From Polyangiaceae bacterium (GTDB lineage Bacteria > Myxococcota_A > Polyangia > Polyangiales > Polyangiaceae): DNA of 64,000 nucleotides. The translations under genes were made by a program, and so were the position numbers. Each line of letters starts with the position of its first letter. The stretch's first letter is position 1. Positions 9,418 through 19,720 of the stretch are shown piece after piece. The stretch is from NCBI GenBank assembly GCA_044222475.1, contig JBGANF010000013.1:1-64000 (forward strand). Direction: 5' to 3'. Below the pieces are notes generated by a model, which was not told the origin of the DNA, searched no databases, and saw nothing but the letters and a program-made list of their open reading frames with translations.

Positions 9418-9981
9418 ATGCGTTCGATGCTCCTCCTCAAGAGCGCCCTCGATTCCGCGGCCCAGTGGCACCGCAATCAGAAGCGCAAGTACCCCAACGC
9501 CGACGTGCCGTACGTCAGCCACATCGCCGGAGTCGTCGCGGTGCTCGCGCGACACGGGTGGGACGAGGAGGTCCAAGCCGCCGGGGCGCTGCACGACACG
9601 CTCGAAGACTGTGGCGTCACCGTGGCCGAGCTGCGGACGCGCTTCGGCGACCGGGTCGCCACGCTGGTGACGCAGGTCTCCGAAGAGGACAAGACGCTCC
9701 CGTGGGAGGAGCGCAAGGCGGCGTACCTCGCGAAGTTCCCTCACAAGGGGCCGGACGCTCAGGCGATCACGCTGGCCGACAAGATCGACAACCTCGTCTC
9801 GATCGCCGTGTGCGCGCGCGACCACGGCGACCCGTGGCCGCTCTTCAAGCGCGGCAAGGCCGACCAGTTGAAGCGCTTCGAAGCACTTCTCGCCGCGGCC
9901 CGCGCGCTCGCGCCCCACTCGACGCTCGTGGCCATGACGAACGAGCTGGCGGACGCGATCGAGCAAGCGCGACGCGTCTAG
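9418..9981 (+). CDS. HD-domain small alarmone hydrolase-like protein (stand-alone RelA/SpoT hydrolase, Mesh1-like)
   Basis: HxxQxRK, PYVSH, ALHDTLED and LADKIDNL motifs; no synthetase domain. Confidence 0.85.
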   Translation: MRSMLLLKSALDSAAQWHRNQKRKYPNADVPYVSHIAGVVAVLARHGWDEEVQAAGALHDTLEDCGVTVAELRTRFGDRVATLVTQVSEEDKTLPWEERKAAYLAKFPHKGPDAQAITLADKIDNLVSIAVCARDHGDPWPLFKRGKADQLKRFEALLAAARALAPHSTLVAMTNELADAIEQARRV

Positions 9982-10030
9982 CGTCAGGGAATGCGAAAGC
10001 ATCGCGTCGGGTTGGGCCAGGGAGGACCTG

Positions 10031-11284
10031 ATGCCCGAGCTCGACCGCATCTTCGAAAGCTCGCTCGACCCGACGAACGCCGTCGGCTGGCGCCTGGCGC
10101 GCCTCGTGAAGGAGTTGCACCCCGGGAAATACGTGCTCGACGGCGTCGGCAGCCCGTTCGACATCGAGGACTACGCGAACGAAGGGCAATGCGAGGCGAC
10201 CTTGGTCGAGGGGGCCCACGCCCAGCTCTCGACGTCGTGGCGCCGCAAGCACGGCCTCTACTCCGCGACGGTCAACGGCGTGTGGGCGGTGCGGTGGAAG
10301 GAACGGACGTTTCGCGTCGTCGTCGCCGCCTGGGCGACCGGCTATCGGAACCACAGCGTGAACGTCATCGTCGGCGACGACGAGGACTCCGTCTGGGCGT
10401 TCACCAACGCGGTCAGTGCATACTGCAACGACCCGCGCCGGGCGGTCCTGTGCTTCCGCGGCGGCTGCTGGGGCCACAACGGCGAGCTCTGGGCCGACAT
10501 CCAGGGCGCGAGCTTCGACGACCTCGTCCTCGCCGGGGACCTCAAGGAGAGGATCCGCGGCGACCTCGACCGCTTCATGGGCGCCCGCGCCGAGTACGAG
10601 CGCTACGGGGTTCCCTACAAGCGCGGCGTCCTCTTCGTCGGCCCGCCGGGCAACGGGAAGACCCACTGCGTCCGGGCGACGTTGAAGATGCTCGGCCTGC
10701 CGGTGCTCTACGTGATGAGCCTCCGGGCGAAGTACTCGACCGAGGACCAGTCGATCGACGCGATCTTCGCTCGCGCGCGCGAGGTGGCGCCGTGCGTGCT
10801 CGTCTTCGAGGATCTCGACGCGATGATCAACGACGAGAACCGGTCGTACTTCCTCAACCAGCTCGACGGCGTGGGCCGCCTCTCGGGCATCCTCACCCTC
10901 GCGACGACGAACCACGCCGATCGCCTCGACGCCGCGATCGTCGAGCGGCCGAGCCGCTTCGACCGCAAGTACGCCTTCGCCCTCCCGGGTCCGGTCGAGC
11001 GCCTCGCGTACGCGACGCAGTGGAACGACCGTCTCGACGGCGAGATGCGTCTCGACCGCAACGCGATCGACGCCCTCGTCGAGGCGACGCACTCGTTCTC
11101 CTTCGCCTACATGAAGGAGCTCTTCGTCTCGTCGATGGTGCGCTGGGTGAGCGAGTCGCGTCGCGTCCCGATGAGCACCGTCATCGACGGCGAGCTCGTC
11201 ACGCTGCGCGAGCAGATGCGGGCCGGCGCGCCGGCGCAGGAAGCGACGGTCGCGCCGGGCTCCGGCGACGACGACGACGACTGA
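10031..11284 (+). CDS. AAA+ ATPase (single module, BCS1-like)
   Basis: Walker A GPPGNGKT, Walker B LVFEDLD, SRH TTNH...LDAAIVERPSRFD. Confidence 0.88.
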   Translation: MPELDRIFESSLDPTNAVGWRLARLVKELHPGKYVLDGVGSPFDIEDYANEGQCEATLVEGAHAQLSTSWRRKHGLYSATVNGVWAVRWKERTFRVVVAAWATGYRNHSVNVIVGDDEDSVWAFTNAVSAYCNDPRRAVLCFRGGCWGHNGELWADIQGASFDDLVLAGDLKERIRGDLDRFMGARAEYERYGVPYKRGVLFVGPPGNGKTHCVRATLKMLGLPVLYVMSLRAKYSTEDQSIDAIFARAREVAPCVLVFEDLDAMINDENRSYFLNQLDGVGRLSGILTLATTNHADRLDAAIVERPSRFDRKYAFALPGPVERLAYATQWNDRLDGEMRLDRNAIDALVEATHSFSFAYMKELFVSSMVRWVSESRRVPMSTVIDGELVTLREQMRAGAPAQEATVAPGSGDDDDD

Positions 11285-11292
11285 GATGCGGT

Positions 11293-12042
11293 CTAGCGCG
11301 AGAGCGTCGCCTTGAAGCGGAGCTCACGAACGCCCATCGTGTCGGTCGGGAACGGCTTCTCGAAGGCCGGGTCCACCGTGCCGGTCATGACGTGCTGCAC
11401 CTTGAGCGTCGCGGCGCACGAGGTCGCGTCCTTCTTGATCGTCGTCGCGTCGAACTGGAAATGCAGCTTCCCTTGCGGCGTGATGCTCGCGATCGACGTG
11501 GCGTTCGTCGCCACGCAGTCACCTTCGGCGATGGCCCACCAGAGGCTATCGTCCTTGACCGGAGCGGGGAGGACGCCGACGTCGAAGCCGATGCCCTGCT
11601 TGACCTCGGACGGAAGCGCGCCGTCGAGATCGAACCCCGCCGGCACGTGGAGCGTGACGGAGTGATCGTCGGCGGAGCCCGCGCGATCGAGCGTGACGAC
11701 GACGTCGAGCTTGTCCTTCGTCGAGGTCACGGTCGCGAAGTAGTGCGGATCGTACGTTTGGCCTTGCGACTGGAGCACCAGCTCCGGGCCCGTGCCGATC
11801 TTGGCGACGAGGCGATCGGTGGCGCCCAGGGTGAGGAATTTCCCGTTGGCCAGGAGCGCCGCGTAGACGGTCATGTTCGTCCCGTCGTCTTGCGCCGAGG
11901 TGGAGGGATAGATCTTGTTGGTCGCGAAGTCGGTCGACGGCTTCGGCAGCTCCTTGGGCGGAGGCGTCGAGTCGGACTTGATGACGCACGCTGGGGCGAG
12001 CGCGACGAAGAGAGAAGCGAGGAGAAGAGGTTTGAAGTTCAT
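11293..12042 (-). CDS. Hypothetical lipoprotein
   Basis: MNFKPLLLASLFVALAPAC lipobox-like signal peptide. Confidence 0.7.
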   Translation of the reverse strand: MNFKPLLLASLFVALAPACVIKSDSTPPPKELPKPSTDFATNKIYPSTSAQDDGTNMTVYAALLANGKFLTLGATDRLVAKIGTGPELVLQSQGQTYDPHYFATVTSTKDKLDVVVTLDRAGSADDHSVTLHVPAGFDLDGALPSEVKQGIGFDVGVLPAPVKDDSLWWAIAEGDCVATNATSIASITPQGKLHFQFDATTIKKDATSCAATLKVQHVMTGTVDPAFEKPFPTDTMGVRELRFKATLSR

Positions 12043-12054
12043 GCCGATCCGTTT

Positions 12055-12070
12055 TGCATGGACGATGCCA
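12055..12070 (-). promoter_or_regulatory. Putative sigma54 promoter of the lipoprotein gene
   Basis: Minus strand TGGCATCGTCCATGCA (GG-N10-GC), 14 nt from the ATG. Confidence 0.45.
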
Positions 12071-12193
12071 ACGGCCGTCGCGCGCGCAGATCCGCGATAT
12101 TTCGCGACCGAACCGCCGCATGTGACGGAATGACCATGACCGGCGGCACCGACCGTGGCGGAAAACCCACAGCTTGGTGTTACATGTCCTCCC

Positions 12194-13873
12194 ATGCGTT
12201 TTCGCTCGGAGTACCTGCGCTACGACGACCTCGCGCAAATCGTTCGCCAGTGGGCGCACGACCATCCCGAAGTGGTACGAGTCGAGGTGATCGGCAAGAG
12301 CGCGGAAGGCCGTGAGCTCCTCCTGCTGATCATCGGCCGCGACCCCGAGCGCACCCGGCCGGCGGCGTGGATCGACGGGAACATGCACGCCTCCGAGGTC
12401 TGCGGCTCGAACGTCGCGCTCGCCATCGCCGAGGACGTCATCGCGCTCCACACCGGGAGCGAGACGGTGCGCGACCTCCCGAAGGCGCTGTGCGATCGCC
12501 TCCGCGAGACCTTGTTCTACGTGCTCCCGCGCATGTGTCCGGACGGCGCAGAGGCGGTCCTGCGCGAGGGACGCTACGTCCGCTCGAACCCGCGCGATCG
12601 GCGCCCGCACGCGCCGACGCCCTACTGGAAACACGGCGACGTCGACGGCGACGGGAACGCGCTCTTGATGCGCAAGGAATCGCCGCAGGGCGATTTCGTG
12701 CAACATGCAACGATCCCGGGGCTCATGCTCCCGCGCACCGTCGAGGACGAAGGGCCGTTCTACAAGATCTGGCCCGAGGGAACGATCGAGCACTGGAACG
12801 GGCACACCATCCCGGATCCGCACTACCTCTCGGACAACGACGTCGATCTCAACCGCAACTTCCCGTGGTCGTGGATGCCGGAGCCGGTGCAGATCGGCGC
12901 CGGACCGTTCGCCGGGAGCGAGCCCGAGTCGCGCGCCGTCATCGAGTGGGTGACCGCGCGCACGAACGTCTTCACGTGGCTGAACCTCCACACGTTCGGA
13001 GGCGTGTACATCCGCCCCCTGGGCAACGCGCCCGACAACAAGATGGACCCGAGCGATCTCGCGATCTACCGGCAGGTCGCCGAGTGGGGCGAGCTGCACG
13101 GCGGTTACCCCACCGTCTCCGGCTTCACCGAGTTCACCTACGAGCCCGACAAGCCGCTCCACGGCGACCTCGCCGACTTCGCGTACCACCACCGCGGAGC
13201 GATTGGGTACGTGTGCGAGCTCTGGGATCTCTTCGCTCAGCTCGGCATCGAGCGGAAGAAGCCGTTCGTCGATCACTACTCGCAGATCTCGCGCGCCGAG
13301 ATGATCCGGTTCGCCGAGTGGGATCGGGAGCACAACAAGGGGCGAGTCTTTCGTCCGTGGAAGAAGACGAAGCACCCGCAGATCGGTGACGTCGAGGTCG
13401 GCGGCATCGACATCCGCGTCGGGCTGTCGAACCCGCCGCTCGAGCGGATCGCCGAGGTCTGCGAGCGCCAGAGCAAGATGTTCCTTCGCGTGGCCGGCAT
13501 GGCGCCGGCGCTCCGCGTGCGCAAGCTCGCGATCGAGGAGCACGGCGACACGCGGTCGGTGCAGCTCCTCGTCGAGAACGACGGCTACCTCCCGACGTAC
13601 GTGCTGTCGTCGGCGAAGAAGATCGCGGTGGACGCCCGCATCTTCGCCGAGGCGGAGTGCACCGGCGCGACGCTCCTCTCTCCGCCGCGGGTGGAGGTCG
13701 GGCACCTCGAAGGTTGGGGTCGCGGCCTGTGGGCGACGTCGATCTTCCACCAGCGCAGCGACGGCAACGGGAGCTCCTTCCGCGTAACCTACGTGGTGCG
13801 AGGGAAGGGGACGCTGCGCGTGCGCGCGCACGGTCTCCGCGTGGGCGCGGCCGAGATCGCGGTCGAGGTCTAG
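12194..13873 (+). CDS. M14-family zinc carboxypeptidase
   Basis: HASE, PDG, DLNRNFP, SEPE and NLHT motifs. Confidence 0.9.
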   Translation: MRFRSEYLRYDDLAQIVRQWAHDHPEVVRVEVIGKSAEGRELLLLIIGRDPERTRPAAWIDGNMHASEVCGSNVALAIAEDVIALHTGSETVRDLPKALCDRLRETLFYVLPRMCPDGAEAVLREGRYVRSNPRDRRPHAPTPYWKHGDVDGDGNALLMRKESPQGDFVQHATIPGLMLPRTVEDEGPFYKIWPEGTIEHWNGHTIPDPHYLSDNDVDLNRNFPWSWMPEPVQIGAGPFAGSEPESRAVIEWVTARTNVFTWLNLHTFGGVYIRPLGNAPDNKMDPSDLAIYRQVAEWGELHGGYPTVSGFTEFTYEPDKPLHGDLADFAYHHRGAIGYVCELWDLFAQLGIERKKPFVDHYSQISRAEMIRFAEWDREHNKGRVFRPWKKTKHPQIGDVEVGGIDIRVGLSNPPLERIAEVCERQSKMFLRVAGMAPALRVRKLAIEEHGDTRSVQLLVENDGYLPTYVLSSAKKIAVDARIFAEAECTGATLLSPPRVEVGHLEGWGRGLWATSIFHQRSDGNGSSFRVTYVVRGKGTLRVRAHGLRVGAAEIAVEV

Positions 13874-14856
13874 AACGCGCCCACTGCGCTGAGCCCGGCG
13901 ACCCCCGGGCCCACCGCCGGGACGATCCGGATCCCCGCCGCCTTCGGCGCCTTGGGCGCGGTGAGGACGAGCACGACTCCGGCACCCGCGGCGAGGAGCC
14001 CGACGCCGATGCCGATGTTCGACAGCCACGCGTAGGTCTTCGCTTGGTCGTTGAGCTCGACCCCGAGCTGGGTGCAGCGCTCCGCCGGGCACTGATCGTT
14101 GCTCCGCCCGCGACGCTCGAAGGCCATGATGCCGAACACCGAGCCGGCGATGAAGCTCGCGCCGCCGACGCCGATCGAGACCCAACCGATCAGCGCTTGC
14201 GTGGGCAGGCCGCCCGAATGGACCACCGGCGCGGTGGGCGCGGCCGCGTCGGCGAGCGCCGGGACCTCGGGTGCGTTCACGGTCACGCCGTCGCTCGCGA
14301 CGTCGATCGTCGTCGACCAGGTGACCTTGCCCGGGGCGGTCGCCGAGAGCTGATGCCGGCCGCGGTCGATCGGGCTCGGTGTGCCCCACGCCGCAGCGCG
14401 CACCGGTGTGCCGTCGAGCAGGATCTCGAGGCCCTTCGTGGTGCTCGCGTCGGCGGACACCTTGATGACGATCCTCGCGAGCTGGCTTTCGATGATCGCG
14501 ATGCGCTGGCGCGCGGCGGCCTCGCGCTCGGGGCGGTGGTCCTTGATGGCCGAGCTGAGGGACTCGTTGTAGGCCGCCCACGCCGAAGCGAGCTTGCCTT
14601 CCTTCTCGCGACAGAGCCCGAGGTTGTGGAGCGTGCCGCCGCCGGGATCGAGGCGTTGGCTCTCGGCGAACTTGGGGCACGCGGCGGCGTAGTCCTCTTT
14701 CTCCATCAGCCGCACGGCGTCGTCGAACAGCGACTGGGCGAGGGCCTGGTCCGACTCCGACGGTGCCCTCTCTCCGTCGGCGCGCGCCGGCCGCGCGAGC
14801 GCGAGGCTCAGGAGCACACCCGCCGCGAGGCCGAGCGTGCGCCTATTTGCGATCAT
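13870..14856 (-). CDS. Secreted TPR/PEGA-like protein (kinase-operon partner)
   Basis: Signal peptide, ACPKFAESQRLDP TPR-like helices, PEGA-like beta domain, C-terminal hydrophobic helices. Confidence 0.75.
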   Translation of the reverse strand: MIANRRTLGLAAGVLLSLALARPARADGERAPSESDQALAQSLFDDAVRLMEKEDYAAACPKFAESQRLDPGGGTLHNLGLCREKEGKLASAWAAYNESLSSAIKDHRPEREAAARQRIAIIESQLARIVIKVSADASTTKGLEILLDGTPVRAAAWGTPSPIDRGRHQLSATAPGKVTWSTTIDVASDGVTVNAPEVPALADAAAPTAPVVHSGGLPTQALIGWVSIGVGGASFIAGSVFGIMAFERRGRSNDQCPAERCTQLGVELNDQAKTYAWLSNIGIGVGLLAAGAGVVLVLTAPKAPKAAGIRIVPAVGPGVAGLSAVGAF

Positions 14857-16279
14857 GCGAGATCCCCGTCATGGCCGAGGCCGATGGTGCGACCGGCGCC
14901 ACCGCCGTCGCCGTCGGAGCGGCGGACACCGCGGGCTTGACCGTAGGTCCTGAGACCGATGGTACCAAGATGGGACGCGGGAGCGCAGTCCGGGTCGTTG
15001 CGATGGCGACCGGCGGCTCCGTCGCAGTGGCGGTCGCGGTCGGAGGAGGCACGCTCGTCGCGAGCGGCGCGGTCTCGGACGCGGTCGCCGTGGCGGTCGT
15101 CGCGAGGGGCGCGCTCGCCGTGGCGGCGCCGCTCGACGCGGTGGGGCTGCCGCCGACGGTCCGCACGATCACGAGACCACCGATGGCAACCACGAGGAAC
15201 GCGCCCGCGCCGAGCGCGGCCGGGAGCCACGGCCGCCGCTTCGGCGGGAGCTCGAACGCGCCGGACAGGGCCGCGTCGAGCGGGCCCAGCGTCTCTGCTC
15301 CGAACGCGACGTTGCGCTGCGACGCAGGCGCCGAAGGGATCGACCGCGGAGGAAGCACGTCACCGGAGACGAGGCGCTGGATCGTCTCGACGTGGTGGCG
15401 CGCGTTGGGCGCGAACGGCTCGAGGTCCGCCGCGAGCTCGCCGACGTTCGGGTAGCGCAGCGCGGGGTCCTTCTGCAGGCACTTCTCGATCACGGCTTCC
15501 AGCTCGATCGGCGCGCCCGGTGCGTGGGCGCGCAGGGGCCGCGGCGGCTGTGTCGCGATCGCGACCGCGATGCCCGCCATGTTGTCGGCCTCGAACGGGG
15601 TCTTCCCGGTGACGAGCTCGTAGAGCACGACGCCGAGGGACCAGATGTCGCTGCGCTCGTCGGCGCGGGTCGCGCTGAGCATCTGCTCGGGCGACATGTA
15701 GAACGGCGACCCGAACACGGCGTCGGTCGTGGTGACCGTCCCCTCGGCGCGGATGTCCTCCGAGAGCGCCTTCGACACGCCGAAGTCGAGCACCTTGATG
15801 ATCGTCGTGCCGTTGGATCGCACGGCTCGAAACAGGTTCTCGGGCTTCAGGTCGCGATGGATGATCCTGGCCGCGTGCGCTTCGGCGATGCCTTCGCACG
15901 CGGCGAGCACGTACTCGACGGCTCGGGTCACCGGCATCGGTCCCTCGGCCTCGAGGGCTTCGGCGAGGTTCTGTCCCTCGAGCAGCTCCATGACCATGAA
16001 CGGCTCGCCCGAGTCGAGGAGACCCACGTCGGACACTTTGACGACGTGCTCGCTGCGGAGCTGGGCGGAAGCCTTCGCCTCGGTCAGGAAGCGGGCCGTC
16101 GTCTGTGGCGAAGCGGTGTTCTCGTGGAGCACCTTGATCGCGACGCGCTGACCCAGCTGGGCGTGACGCGCTGCGACGACCACGCCCATGCCGCCCATGG
16201 CGATGACGCGCTCGATGCGGTACCGCCCCGCGAGGACGTCGCCCTCTTTGAGCGAGGTGCCCTTCCGCGCGTTCGTCAT
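14843..16279 (-). CDS. Membrane Ser/Thr protein kinase (Hanks type)
   Basis: GGMG, VAIK, HRDLKPEN, DFG and SPE motifs; TM segment; Thr/Ala/Pro-rich tail. Confidence 0.93.
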   Translation of the reverse strand: MTNARKGTSLKEGDVLAGRYRIERVIAMGGMGVVVAARHAQLGQRVAIKVLHENTASPQTTARFLTEAKASAQLRSEHVVKVSDVGLLDSGEPFMVMELLEGQNLAEALEAEGPMPVTRAVEYVLAACEGIAEAHAARIIHRDLKPENLFRAVRSNGTTIIKVLDFGVSKALSEDIRAEGTVTTTDAVFGSPFYMSPEQMLSATRADERSDIWSLGVVLYELVTGKTPFEADNMAGIAVAIATQPPRPLRAHAPGAPIELEAVIEKCLQKDPALRYPNVGELAADLEPFAPNARHHVETIQRLVSGDVLPPRSIPSAPASQRNVAFGAETLGPLDAALSGAFELPPKRRPWLPAALGAGAFLVVAIGGLVIVRTVGGSPTASSGAATASAPLATTATATASETAPLATSVPPPTATATATEPPVAIATTRTALPRPILVPSVSGPTVKPAVSAAPTATAVAPVAPSASAMTGISHDRK

Positions 16280-16361
16280 CGCCCCACAGAGTACGGGGAG
16301 CGGGGCGTTCGGGCAACTCGCCGTCGGGGTGGGGCGAAATCGTGTAGAGTTCACGAACGCC

Positions 16362-17492
16362 ATGAAATCGCGGCGTCTTGGCTTGTCGGGTGCTCTTCTC
16401 TTGGCCGCCGCGGGCGCTGCCGGGGTAGTGGCCTGCCAAGTGATCGCCGGGATCGACGACCGGACGGTCTGGACCGCCGACGGCGGTGACGCCGGCGGTG
16501 GGGACGCCGCTGACTCCTGTCGGTCGGCTAACGTTCCTCCAGCCCCCGACCTGTCCACGTCGACGCCGGGTGACCCCTACGACTACGTCGCCGTGTTGAG
16601 CCAGCTACACCTGGGCGTGGGCGCCGATGCGGGCGGACCGTACGGCTTCAACCTCGATCGCACGTGCACGTGTCCCGAGAACGACTCCTGCGTACGAGGC
16701 ATCAGCAGCGACGGCGGCAAGCTGCCCCGCGCGTGCGACGAGCCCGGCGGGATCGACAACACCGGTCGGCCCCTGTTCGCGCTGTTCGCCGGGTCCAACC
16801 TCATCAGCGAGGACCTGCTCAACAACGCGATCAAGAGCGGCATCGTCGGCGTCTTCATCCGCATGCAGCACTACAACGGTCAGAAGGACGACGCGCAGGT
16901 CCAAGTCTCCGTGTACTCGTCGCTCGGTTGGTCCGGCGCGGCGGACGCCGGCCCCAAGTTCGACGGAAACGACAGTTGGATCGTCGACAACGCGTCGGTG
17001 GCCGGGGGCAACGTCGACGCGCCGCGCTTCACGACGACGTCGGGGTACGTGCGCGACAACACCCTCGTCGCGACGTTGAAGTTTCCGATCATCATTGGAA
17101 GCAAGGTGCTCGATCCCATCGTCATCGAGCTCCAGAGCGGGCTCATCGTCGCCAAGCTCGAACTCGCGGGGACGGCGCTGTTGCGGATGACGGGGCGGCT
17201 CGCGGGTCGATGGGAGGCCTCGCGCATGCTCACGAGCTTGCAGGCGGTGGCGGACCCGCTTCAGCCGACGCAGCGGCTGTGCGGAACGAACCCGACGTAC
17301 CAAGCGATCAAGCCGCGCATCTGCGAGTTCGTCGACATCACCGCCGATCCGACCGACGACGGAACGGGCGTGTGCAATGCGCTCTCGATGGGCCTCGGCT
17401 TCGACGCGGTCCCGGCGAAATTCGGTCCGCTCCGCGACGCGGGTCCCGTGGCCACGCCGTGCGGAGCGAACTACACCGACTCGTGTCAGTGA
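16362..17492 (+). CDS. Cys-containing hypothetical lipoprotein
   Basis: MKSRRLG...VVAC lipobox; GFNLD and GGIDN motifs; paired cysteines. Confidence 0.7.
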   Translation: MKSRRLGLSGALLLAAAGAAGVVACQVIAGIDDRTVWTADGGDAGGGDAADSCRSANVPPAPDLSTSTPGDPYDYVAVLSQLHLGVGADAGGPYGFNLDRTCTCPENDSCVRGISSDGGKLPRACDEPGGIDNTGRPLFALFAGSNLISEDLLNNAIKSGIVGVFIRMQHYNGQKDDAQVQVSVYSSLGWSGAADAGPKFDGNDSWIVDNASVAGGNVDAPRFTTTSGYVRDNTLVATLKFPIIIGSKVLDPIVIELQSGLIVAKLELAGTALLRMTGRLAGRWEASRMLTSLQAVADPLQPTQRLCGTNPTYQAIKPRICEFVDITADPTDDGTGVCNALSMGLGFDAVPAKFGPLRDAGPVATPCGANYTDSCQ

Positions 17493-18043
17493 GGTACGAA
17501 CCTCCTCAAGTACTCGTCGACTCGGTCCTGCATTGCACGGTCCTGCGCGCTGACGGTCGGGTTGTCGAGGGCATAGGGAGGGGTGGTGAGGTCCCCGAAG
17601 GTGCCGCGTAGGCCATCGACGTAGGAGAGGAAACGCGCCCGCTTGGCCGGAACGGGCTCCGCGTAGTTGATGAAGAGCAGGCTGCCATCGACGATCTTGC
17701 GATAGGCGCCTTCGTCGACGAGGTAGCGAGCCTTCTCGAATGCGGCGTATCCAGCCGCGGTGATGGTGACGACGATCTTGCGCCGATCGCCGTCGGAGCG
17801 GCGGCGTTCGACGAAGCCCAACTTCTCCAAGCGGCGGAGCATGACCGCGATGGTCGACCGCGCCACACCCAGGCGCGCGCAAAGAGTGGACTGGTACACG
17901 ACGCCGTGATGGCTGAGCGCGCTGCGATGGCACACGATGAGATCCATCCGCGCGGCAGTGAGCCTCCACTTAGCCAGGAGGCGATTGGCGTGGGTCGTGT
18001 AACTGAGATGTGCTCGCTTGGTGCAGAACAAGACGCGGTCCAT
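17486..18043 (-). CDS. MarR-family winged-helix regulator (paralogue 2)
   Basis: Gap-free colinear similarity to 2365-2844 (MDRVLF, HGVVYQS, LGVAR, DRRKIVVT, FGD). Confidence 0.85.
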   Translation of the reverse strand: MDRVLFCTKRAHLSYTTHANRLLAKWRLTAARMDLIVCHRSALSHHGVVYQSTLCARLGVARSTIAVMLRRLEKLGFVERRRSDGDRRKIVVTITAAGYAAFEKARYLVDEGAYRKIVDGSLLFINYAEPVPAKRARFLSYVDGLRGTFGDLTTPPYALDNPTVSAQDRAMQDRVDEYLRRFVPH

Positions 18044-18054
18044 GCGAGCGCTCT

Positions 18055-18070
18055 CGCATCATCCGTTCCA
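18055..18070 (-). promoter_or_regulatory. Putative sigma54 promoter of MarR paralogue 2
   Basis: Minus strand TGGAACGGATGATGCG (GG-N10-GC), 13 nt from the ATG, matching the position in paralogue 1. Confidence 0.5.
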
Positions 18071-18164
18071 AGTGCCCTCCCCAACGAAATCAGCCACTTG
18101 GCCGCCCGAGCACCTGGCGAGCGCCACTTCGTGCCGGCGCCGCGCCACCTTCCCGATTCCGGCA

Positions 18165-18228
18165 GCCGGCTAACGTTTTCGGGACGAGCTTCGGGAGGGC
18201 CGAGCTTCTTCAAGAATCGTTAGCCGGC
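18165..18228. repeat. 11-bp inverted repeat GCCGGCTAACG...CGTTAGCCGGC
   Basis: Arms at 18165-18175 and 18218-18228. Confidence 0.75.
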
Positions 18229-18274
18229 GCACGTGTTCTGTCGCGCCCTCGGTGGTCGGCGGCTGGTTCGGCGG

Positions 18275-19720
18275 TCAGTCGAAGAGATCGTTCAGGAAGT
18301 GGACGAGAATAGCTTTCACTATCGGCTTCGGGAGGCGATCCAGGATCATGTTGATCGGCGCGCTCGCCGCCGGCACTCCCACGCTCTTCATCCCGCCGAA
18401 GGCGAGGAGCTGAGAGAAGACCGCATCGTCGATCGTCGCTGGATCGATGTGAGCCGCCATCTCCGCGATCCCATCGAGGGACGGGTCCTTCGGGATCCGC
18501 TTCGCCTCCTCGACGGCCGACCGCAGATCGGCGAGGAACGCATCGACGTGCGGCACGTTCGCCGACGTCACCGAAAGGTGCACGTTCTCGCGATGCGGAC
18601 CGAACCCGAGCTGCGGCTGCACGTACCAGCCGCGCTTCTTCATCAGGTCCGGCAAGTGGAACACGTGGAACTCGTCCGACGTGAACGCCAGGAGCGTCAT
18701 GTCCGGGTCGGCGAGGAGCTTCAGCCCCGGGATCTTCGCGATGCCCTCGGCGTAGCGCTTCGTCGCCGCGCGCATCTCCCTTGTGAGGGCCAGGTAGCCG
18801 TCTTCGCCCATGCACGTCATCGTCGCCCACGCGCCGGCCAAGGGACCGCCGCTCTTCGAGCTCTGCATCGCCGCGTTCACGATGGTGTAGCCGCTCCACT
18901 CGGCGCACGCGTAGATCTGGTGCTGGCGGAGACCTTTGTCCCGGTAGAGGACGACGCTCGCGCCCTTCGGGCAGAAGCCATACTTGTGGAGGTCCATCGA
19001 GAGGCTCCACACGTTCTTCACCCGGAAGTCGAACGGGGCGACCGTCTCGCCTAGCTTCTCCATGTAGGGGAGCAGGATGCCGCCCATGCACGCATCGACG
19101 TGCATCCAGAGGCCCCTCTCTTTGGCGAGCGCCGCGAGGCCGGGGATGTCGTCGATCACGCCGTAGGCATACGACGGCGCCGAGCCGATCAGCGCGATGG
19201 TGCGGTCGGTGATCGCGGCGCGCGCGGCGCCGAGGTTCGCGCGGTGCGTGTCGGCATCGCAGTCGAAGGTGACGATCTCCATGCCGAGGTAGTGCGCCGC
19301 CTTGTGAAAGGCGGCGTGCGCGGTGATCGGCGCGAGGATCTGCGGCGCGGTCACCTCGGGTCGGTTCTTGCGAGCCCAGTCGCGCGCGGCCTTCATCGCG
19401 AGGAGGATCGACTCGGTGCCGCCGCTCGTGAAATTGCCGACGACGTTCTCGTCGCCGTGGACGTGGTTGCGGCACATCGCGATGACCTCGTTCTCGAGCC
19501 GCAGCAGGCTGGGGAACGACGTCGGGTCGAGCCCGTTCTCGCTGAGGAACGCGAGGTACGCCTTCTTGCCCGCGTCGAGCGCGTCGACCTTGGCGTCGAA
19601 GACGTATCCGAAGGCCTTGCCCTCACGCCACGGCACGTCGCGCGAGCGGAAGTCTTCCAGTGCGCGCAGCACTTCGTCTTTGTTTCGACCTTTGGCCGGG
19701 ATGCTCGTCTTCGTCGTCAT
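18275..19720 (-). CDS. PLP-dependent enzyme, sphingosine-1-phosphate lyase-like
   Basis: TSGGTESI, AHAAFHKA, HVDACMGG and DLHKYG (PLP lysine) motifs; ATG overlaps the TetR stop. Confidence 0.85.
   Translation of the reverse strand: MTTKTSIPAKGRNKDEVLRALEDFRSRDVPWREGKAFGYVFDAKVDALDAGKKAYLAFLSENGLDPTSFPSLLRLENEVIAMCRNHVHGDENVVGNFTSGGTESILLAMKAARDWARKNRPEVTAPQILAPITAHAAFHKAAHYLGMEIVTFDCDADTHRANLGAARAAITDRTIALIGSAPSYAYGVIDDIPGLAALAKERGLWMHVDACMGGILLPYMEKLGETVAPFDFRVKNVWSLSMDLHKYGFCPKGASVVLYRDKGLRQHQIYACAEWSGYTIVNAAMQSSKSGGPLAGAWATMTCMGEDGYLALTREMRAATKRYAEGIAKIPGLKLLADPDMTLLAFTSDEFHVFHLPDLMKKRGWYVQPQLGFGPHRENVHLSVTSANVPHVDAFLADLRSAVEEAKRIPKDPSLDGIAEMAAHIDPATIDDAVFSQLLAFGGMKSVGVPAASAPINMILDRLPKPIVKAILVHFLNDLFD

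Noticed and set aside
11546..14680. Long Arg-rich shadow ORFs (also 21125-23827, 41544-44741, 36593-38929 and others)
   Set aside because: They are alternative-frame or antisense shadows of well-supported genes, expected at this GC content.
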